From assembly GCA_012840075.1 (NCBI GenBank), contig DUMC01000178.1, forward strand, positions 95,326 through 159,325: a DNA stretch of 64,000 nt, given 5' to 3'. Position 1 is the first letter of the stretch, and each line of letters opens with the position of its first letter. A model generated the notes under the pieces. It had not been told where the DNA came from and ran no database searches. It worked only from the letters and a program-made list of their open reading frames with translations. Source of the DNA: Clostridiaceae bacterium. Lineage in GTDB: Bacteria > Bacillota > Clostridia > Acetivibrionales > DUMC01. Positions 58,450 to 64,000 of the stretch are shown here, one piece after another. The position numbers were made by a program, and so were the translations under genes.

Positions 58450-59172
58450 ATGAAAAAAGGAAGCTGGATTGTAAACCTTTTGCTGTATATGATATTAGGA
58501 ATAGCAATAGCTCTCCAGTTTAGAAGTAATATGTATTCCAAAAAGGATAAATCAACTTCCAATTTTGATACAGAAATACTAATAACTCAGATCGAGCAAG
58601 AGAAAAAAATACAGGAAGATTTAAAGATGCAAATAGAAGAAAATAACAAGAAGAAAGAGGAGTATTTACGCAGTTATATTGCTTCAAATGATAATAGAAA
58701 GCTAAAAGAATTATGGGATAGTCTAAATTATGCAAAATTGGTGGGCGGTCTTACCGATGTTCAAGGACCGGGAATTGTAATAAAACTGGACGATGCAAAA
58801 GTTAGGAAAACAGAAGATGTAAGTCTTTTAATCATACATGATGCAGACATAAGAATAATATTAAATGAGCTGAAAAAAGCAGGAGCTCAAGCAATTTCAA
58901 TTAATGGAGAAAGGCTTGTTTCAACCAGCGAACAAATTTGTGCCGGTCCTACAATCAGGATCAACAAGGAAGTATATGCCGTACCTTATATAATAGAAGC
59001 TATAGGCGTGCCTGAAGATTTATATTATGCCGTAATGATGTCCGAAAGAGTTATCTTGATGAGAAAACGAGGTATTCAAGTTACAGTTAACCGATCAAAT
59101 AAAATTGTAATTGAGAAGTATAATAAGGATCTTACCAATCAGATTTCTAAGTTAGAGGTGATTGAGCAATGA
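58450..59172 (+). CDS. DUF881-family membrane protein (YlxW/YlxX-like)
   Basis: 240 aa. N-terminal TM, coiled coil, GLTDVQGPGIVIKLDD and GAQAISINGERL motifs. Confidence 0.88.
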   Translation: MKKGSWIVNLLLYMILGIAIALQFRSNMYSKKDKSTSNFDTEILITQIEQEKKIQEDLKMQIEENNKKKEEYLRSYIASNDNRKLKELWDSLNYAKLVGGLTDVQGPGIVIKLDDAKVRKTEDVSLLIIHDADIRIILNELKKAGAQAISINGERLVSTSEQICAGPTIRINKEVYAVPYIIEAIGVPEDLYYAVMMSERVILMRKRGIQVTVNRSNKIVIEKYNKDLTNQISKLEVIEQ

Positions 59173-59864
59173 AATCGGGAAGAACCGTAGCTATAACTAT
59201 AGTATGCTTGATTCTTGGCATTATGGTTGCTTGGCAATACAAAAGTGTTAATTATAACCAGAATGTTATGAGTTATGAGAACAAAAGGGCTGAAGAATTG
59301 ATGGAAGAACTTATAAGATTGCAGAAAAGCAATGCTGATTTAAGAGCCCAGTTGACCAAGCTTCAAGAGGATGTAAGGTTATATGAAAGTGCTAAAGCGG
59401 GAAGCGATGAAACATATAGGAATCTGTTAAACGAACTGGCAGAGGCAAGAACATTTGCAGGATTAACCGATGTTAAAGGGAAAGGTGTTATAATAACATT
59501 GAAAGGTGAAGGTTTGTCTACTGTTTATGATGAAGATATTTTAGATGTAATAAATGAATTAAGAGCAGCAGGAGCACAGGCAATTTCTGTTAATGATGAA
59601 CGGGTAGTAGCTACAACCGAAGTAAGAAAAGCAGATCCGTATATAATGGTAAATAAAATTCCTATGACAGAACCTTTTGTAATTAAAGCCATTGGAGACC
59701 CGGATCAACTTTATAATTCATTGCACATGATTCGAGGTGTTGTAGAGAAATTGCAAGGTTATTCTATAGATGTTAAAGTCGAAAAATCAGATGAAATTTT
59801 CATCCCTAAAGTAAGGGATGATGGTTCGGTAATAAAAATAGATCTTCTTGAACCGGTAAATTAA
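59169..59864 (+). CDS. DUF881-family membrane protein (paralog)
   Basis: 231 aa, 4-nt overlap with the previous gene. GLTDVKGKGVIITLKG, GAQAISVNDERV. Confidence 0.88.
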   Translation: MKSGRTVAITIVCLILGIMVAWQYKSVNYNQNVMSYENKRAEELMEELIRLQKSNADLRAQLTKLQEDVRLYESAKAGSDETYRNLLNELAEARTFAGLTDVKGKGVIITLKGEGLSTVYDEDILDVINELRAAGAQAISVNDERVVATTEVRKADPYIMVNKIPMTEPFVIKAIGDPDQLYNSLHMIRGVVEKLQGYSIDVKVEKSDEIFIPKVRDDGSVIKIDLLEPVN

Positions 59865-59866
59865 TT

Positions 59867-59896
59867 GGGTCAGGTTTGAATTATACACTTAATTAA
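59867..59896 (+). repeat. copy of dispersed element (GGGTCAGGTTTGAATTATACACTTAATTAA)
   Basis: 28/30 identical to 55748-55777 (GGGTCAGGCTTGAATTATTCACTTAATTAA). It starts 3 nt after the DUF881 stop. Confidence 0.9.
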
Positions 59897-59948
59897 ACAC
59901 TAAGGGTCTATTTATTGGATGAATACACCCTTAGTGTTATTTTTTTTT
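59896..59948 (+). terminator. Rho-independent terminator
   Basis: Perfect 12-bp stem AACACTAAGGGT (59896-59907) / ACCCTTAGTGTT (59927-59938), followed by AT9. Confidence 0.85.
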
Positions 59949-60031
59949 GCCCTAAAAAATATAATTATATAGGTATATAAATTAACATCTGCATTTTTTA
60001 TGTTAAAAGGATATTAAAGGAGTTGAAGAGT

Positions 60032-61045
60032 ATGAGAAAATACGCGTCCTACAAGTTTTACATAAAAATTAAGCAAGGTATATCAATAATAGTTGTATCT
60101 GTAATATTATCCACACTTGCAACCTATGTTTTTTATACTAAAAATTTAAAAGAGATTATGGAATTAGGTATCAACCAAAGGGAAGTATATAATTCAAATT
60201 TTAAAAATGTTGATTTTAGTGTTGAATTAAGCAAGATTGACTTAGGAGACAATCATTACATCTATGTAAGTAAAACTCTTGAAAATAATACTGATAATAC
60301 CAATGATAATATTGACAGTTCTGTCTATGAAAAAGCTTCAAGTGGCAGCACATACAGCAATAAGTTAAGATCTTGGGGGATATTAAGAAAACCTAATAAT
60401 GAAACTCCACAAGCTGACCCGGGTGCACCGGAGTTATTAAAAAAATACGGGGGAGTGTATCTTGGGGATACATCCAAGAAAATCATATATTTGACATTTG
60501 ATGAAGGATATGAAAACGGATATACACCTAAAATTCTTGATGTTTTAAAAGAAAATAAAGTTCAGGCTGCTTTTTTTATAACAGGTCCCTACTTGAAAGA
60601 ACATCAGGACCTTGTAAGGCGTATGGTGGAAGAAGGACATGTAGTGGGTAATCATACTGTCAATCATCATAGCTTACCTTCCTTATCAGACAAGGAAATA
60701 GAAGAAGAAGTGCTTGGACTGGAAAGAGCTTTTAGGGAAAAATTCGGCAAAAGTATGAAGTTTCTACGCCCTCCCAAAGGAGAATATAGTGAACGTACGC
60801 TGGCAATTACAAGCAAGCTTGGTTATACAAACATGTTTTGGAGCTTTGCTTACGATGACTGGTATACAGATAAGGTCAGGGGACCTGAATATGCATACAA
60901 TATGGTTATGAACAACTTACATAATGGCGCAATATTATTGCTACATGCAGTATCAAAAGATAATGCCGATGCCCTGGATATGATAATAAAAGGTGCACGT
61001 GAAAAGGGATATGAGTTCGGAACTTTTGATGACTTTGGATCATGA
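60032..61045 (+). CDS. pdaA: polysaccharide deacetylase, PdaA-like (spore-cortex delta-lactam type)
   Basis: The ORF opens at TTG 60023; ATG 60032 is 9 nt after SD AAAGGAG. YLTFDEGYENGYTPKILDVLKENKVQAAFFITGPYLKEHQDLVRRMVEEGHVVGNHTVNH closely resembles B. subtilis PdaA. Confidence 0.82.
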   Translation: MRKYASYKFYIKIKQGISIIVVSVILSTLATYVFYTKNLKEIMELGINQREVYNSNFKNVDFSVELSKIDLGDNHYIYVSKTLENNTDNTNDNIDSSVYEKASSGSTYSNKLRSWGILRKPNNETPQADPGAPELLKKYGGVYLGDTSKKIIYLTFDEGYENGYTPKILDVLKENKVQAAFFITGPYLKEHQDLVRRMVEEGHVVGNHTVNHHSLPSLSDKEIEEEVLGLERAFREKFGKSMKFLRPPKGEYSERTLAITSKLGYTNMFWSFAYDDWYTDKVRGPEYAYNMVMNNLHNGAILLLHAVSKDNADALDMIIKGAREKGYEFGTFDDFGS

Positions 61046-61058
61046 AAGGAGAATACTC

Positions 61059-61442
61059 ATGAGTTTTTCCAAAAAAAAGAATAGAAAATCAACTAAAAAG
61101 AGGCGCAACAACCATAAATACAAAGATGAAGATCAACAGCATTTAAAGTCTAAAGAGGATACGAAGGAAAAGCCGGAAAAGAAAATAGGAGAAAAAATTA
61201 CCGATATATTGGAACTGCCAAAGGAAGTAGTTCTTAATATGTCAAAAATGACTATCATAGGTAATCAAGAACTCATAATCGAAAATTATAAAGGAATTGT
61301 AGAATATGGTACCACTCTTATAAGGATTAATACCGGTAATCATTTATTAAAGATATCGGGGAAAAAACTTTGTATTAATGAAATTACTTCAGAAGATATA
61401 AAAATAACGGGACAAATCGGTTCATTAGAATTCCAAAACTGA
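61059..61442 (+). CDS. yqfC: sporulation protein YqfC
   Basis: The ORF opens at 60993, but ATG 61059 follows SD AAAGGAG. ILELPKEVVLNMSKMTIIGNQELIIENYKGIVEY is the YqfC signature. Confidence 0.88.
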   Translation: MSFSKKKNRKSTKKRRNNHKYKDEDQQHLKSKEDTKEKPEKKIGEKITDILELPKEVVLNMSKMTIIGNQELIIENYKGIVEYGTTLIRINTGNHLLKISGKKLCINEITSEDIKITGQIGSLEFQN

Positions 61443-61459
61443 TGAAATGGTGATATAAA

Positions 61460-62665
61460 ATGTTGTTAATTAGATTATGGAATTTTTTGCGGGGATATGT
61501 TATTATATTAGTTGAAGGTCATTTTATTGAAAGGTTCATAAATATATGTACGAGAAGACAGCTGTTTTTGTGGGATGTTAAACGTTCAAGTGATACCGCA
61601 ATGACCTTGAAAATGAGCATAAAAGGCTTTAAAATGATAAGACCCGTTGCAAAAAAAACCCACTCAAAGGTAAAAATATTAAGTAAAAACGGAATTCCTT
61701 TTATTATCAGCAGATATAAGAAGAGAAAAGCTTATGTAGTAGGCGCGTTGCTGTTCCTTGTATTAATAAACGTTATAGCATCTTTCATTTGGGATATAGA
61801 AATTACCGGTAACAAGGATGTAGGTAGATCAGAAATTATCAATGAGCTGGATAAGCTTGGTATAAAAATAGGAACGTTGAAATATAAGATTGATCCTAAT
61901 GAAATTGCCAACGAATTGATGTTGAGGATAAACAAACTTGCTTGGGTGGGCTTTGAAATTAAAGGTACGAGGGTTTTAGTAACCGTAAAAGAAAGAATCG
62001 AGCCACCTGAGATCGTGCCTAAACATATACCTTGTGATATTATAGCAAGAAGAGATGCAATTATCTCTTCAATAATAGTAAAAAACGGTAAGGGTTTGGT
62101 GAAAAATGGAGATACTGTGCTCAAAGGACAGGTTCTTGTAACAGGAGTAATAGAGAGTAAAAACAAGGAAGAACCTCCAAGACTGGTGCATGCATTAGCA
62201 GATATCGAAGCCAGAACATGGTATGAAAGCAGTAGCACAATAAAGCTAAAAATAATGGAACCCGTTCGCACAGGTAAAGTTGAAAATATTTATAGGATAA
62301 GAGCTTTCGGCAGAGAATATAAAGTTCCTTTTATAGGTTCAAATAAGATAGAATTTGAAAATTATGACAGGATAGAATTGAGAAAAATTTTAAAGATAGG
62401 AGATAATTTGGTACTTCCTTTAGAATTACTTATAGATAAATATTTTGAAAATAAAATGACTGAAAGGAAATTAAGTATTGAAGAAGCGAAGGAAATGGCG
62501 TATAATGATGCTTTGAAAAAACTAATGGATATTATACCTGAGGATGCAAAGATTATAAATAAAAATGTAGAATATAAACAGCATGATCAAGACAGTATAA
62601 CTGCAAATATCATCATAGAGTGTCTTGAAGACATTGGAGTTACAAAAGAGATTGGAGGAAATTGA
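61460..62665 (+). CDS. yqfD: sporulation protein YqfD
   Basis: 401 aa. Central TM, then IWDIEITGN motif. Follows yqfC. Confidence 0.9.
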   Translation: MLLIRLWNFLRGYVIILVEGHFIERFINICTRRQLFLWDVKRSSDTAMTLKMSIKGFKMIRPVAKKTHSKVKILSKNGIPFIISRYKKRKAYVVGALLFLVLINVIASFIWDIEITGNKDVGRSEIINELDKLGIKIGTLKYKIDPNEIANELMLRINKLAWVGFEIKGTRVLVTVKERIEPPEIVPKHIPCDIIARRDAIISSIIVKNGKGLVKNGDTVLKGQVLVTGVIESKNKEEPPRLVHALADIEARTWYESSSTIKLKIMEPVRTGKVENIYRIRAFGREYKVPFIGSNKIEFENYDRIELRKILKIGDNLVLPLELLIDKYFENKMTERKLSIEEAKEMAYNDALKKLMDIIPEDAKIINKNVEYKQHDQDSITANIIIECLEDIGVTKEIGGN

Positions 62666-63637
62666 TTGCAAGGAAATATTGATAAATACGTACAATTTGA
62701 AAATATAGATTCTGCAATGAATCTGTTTGGAAATTTTGATGAAAATATTAAAATAATAGAAGAAGCTTTTGGAATAAGAGTAACGTTAAGAGATGAAGAT
62801 ATAAAAATTTCCGGTTCACCGGAAATGGCTGAAAAAGCTGAAAGAGTAATACGACAATTGATAAACATTGCGGACAAAGGAGAAATAATTACCCGTCAAA
62901 ACGTAAATTATCTGGTTCAACTGGCAGCAGAAGGTGTTACTGATATAAATTTTGACTTTTTGAAGGATTGTATATGTTTAACCGCCAGAGGTAAACCAAT
63001 TAGGGCAAAAACCCATGGACAAAAGGATTATATAAATGCCGTGAAAAACAATGCCATTACATTCAGCATAGGTCCTGCAGGTACAGGTAAAACCTATTTG
63101 GCTGTAGCTATGGCAGTCACTTCTTTTAGAAATAAAGAAGTGAACAGAATAGTAATTACAAGACCTGCCGTAGAAGCAGGAGAAAGATTGGGGTTCCTTC
63201 CGGGCGACCTTCAAAATAAGGTTGACCCTTATTTAAGACCTTTATATGATGCCCTTTTTGATATATTAGGTGCAGAGACTTACCATAAATACATGGAAAA
63301 AGGCATGATTGAAGTGGCTCCTCTTGCTTACATGAGAGGCCGGACTCTGGATGATTCTTTCATAATACTTGATGAAGCACAAAATACAACACCTGAGCAA
63401 ATGAAAATGTTCCTAACCAGGATAGGCTTCGGATCCAAAGCAATAATAACAGGTGATATTACTCAAATAGATCTTCCAAAAGAAAAGAAATCAGGTCTTG
63501 TGGAAGTAACTAAAATTTTAAAGAACATTAAAGGGATCGCATTCGTATACCTGACGGAAAGAGATGTAGTAAGGCATGAACTTGTTCAAAAAATTATTAA
63601 AGCATATGAGAAATATGAGTCAACCAGGGGTAACTAA
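62666..63637 (+). CDS. phoH: PhoH-family ATPase
   Basis: 323 aa. Walker A GPAGTGKTYLAVA, Walker B FIILDEAQN, GDITQIDLP. Confidence 0.95.
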   Translation: MQGNIDKYVQFENIDSAMNLFGNFDENIKIIEEAFGIRVTLRDEDIKISGSPEMAEKAERVIRQLINIADKGEIITRQNVNYLVQLAAEGVTDINFDFLKDCICLTARGKPIRAKTHGQKDYINAVKNNAITFSIGPAGTGKTYLAVAMAVTSFRNKEVNRIVITRPAVEAGERLGFLPGDLQNKVDPYLRPLYDALFDILGAETYHKYMEKGMIEVAPLAYMRGRTLDDSFIILDEAQNTTPEQMKMFLTRIGFGSKAIITGDITQIDLPKEKKSGLVEVTKILKNIKGIAFVYLTERDVVRHELVQKIIKAYEKYESTRGN

Positions 63638-63669
63638 GGTTCTTATTGTAAGGAGGGGAGTAACATTAA

Positions 63670-64000
63670 ATGTCTTTATCCGCAATTAACAAGAATCGCA
63701 ATAAAAAGTTAGTGAAAAATGATAAAGGGAAAGTATGGCTTTCAGAAAACATTGATGGCCGAAACATAAAAATAAATAAAAATAAGGGGTATATCGTAAG
63801 ATTAAAAGAATTTATAGGCAGTTTCAAATTTCAAAAGCTTATAATAAGCATTTTAACTATAATTATTGCCTTTGTCATTATTTTAAACGGTGCGCTTCCC
63901 AAAAGATACAAATTAACTATCGGAATGCCGTCCCCATATGATATAATTGCTCCACGTGATATAGAAAATAAGGTATTAACTGAACAAAGGGCTCTTGAAG
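63670..64000 (+). CDS. YqfF/PgpH-like 7TM-HD membrane phosphohydrolase, 3' end outside window
   Basis: Not in the ORF track. ATG 63670 after SD AGGAGGGGAG, open to the window end (MSLSAINKNRNKK...FQKLIISILTIIIAFVIILNGALP...SPYDIIAPRDIENKVLTEQRALE). Conserved position after phoH. Confidence 0.7.
   Translation, partial: MSLSAINKNRNKKLVKNDKGKVWLSENIDGRNIKINKNKGYIVRLKEFIGSFKFQKLIISILTIIIAFVIILNGALPKRYKLTIGMPSPYDIIAPRDIENKVLTEQRALE

Overview
This is an AT-rich chromosomal segment (judged by eye, not computed) from a flagellated, endospore-forming Firmicute of the class Clostridia; I cannot name the species. Nearly all genes are on the + strand.

Gene content in order:
- 1-3.3 kb: dprA (5' end outside the window) and topA.
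- 3.8-34.4 kb: a complete Bacillus-type fla/che super-operon. It runs flgB-flgC-fliE-fliF-fliG-fliH-fliI-fliJ-ylxF-like-fliK-flgD-flgE-flbD-fliL-fliM-fliY-cheY-fliO-fliP-fliQ-fliR-flhB-flhA-flhF-flhG-PilZ-cheA-cheW-cheC-cheD-sigD-FapA-like, followed by three small uncharacterised genes.
- 34.5 kb: a monocistronic tRNA-Leu(CAA).
- 34.9-36.2 kb: a visibly GC-richer islet encoding an SLH-domain surface protein. It abuts a truncated serine-hydrolase gene remnant.
- 36.9-40.7 kb: pdp, deoC and spoVB (- strand).
- 41.0-54.2 kb: a tightly coupled eight-gene envelope operon. It joins an ABC ATPase, an ABC-2 permease and a large GldG/DUF4350-like membrane protein to a MoxR AAA+ / DUF58 / BatA-anchored VWA module.
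- 54.3-55.3 kb: a frameshifted HD-GYP gene (- strand).
- 55.8-64.0 kb: a nucleotidyltransferase-phosphohexomutase fusion, two DUF881 genes, pdaA-like, yqfC, yqfD, phoH and the start of a PgpH/YqfF-like gene.

Items most worth a second look:
1. The 13-kb ABC + MoxR/DUF58/VWA operon.
2. A dispersed ~25-30-nt element (GCATAAATRGGGTCAGGYTTGAATTAT) at four loci, including a 52-bp near-perfect palindrome.
3. The single-base frameshift in the HD-GYP gene.
4. The tRNA-adjacent GC-rich SLH islet.
5. Several short intercistronic tandem duplications and paired long hairpins.

I found no CRISPR array, rRNA, transposase, integrase or recognisable defence system.
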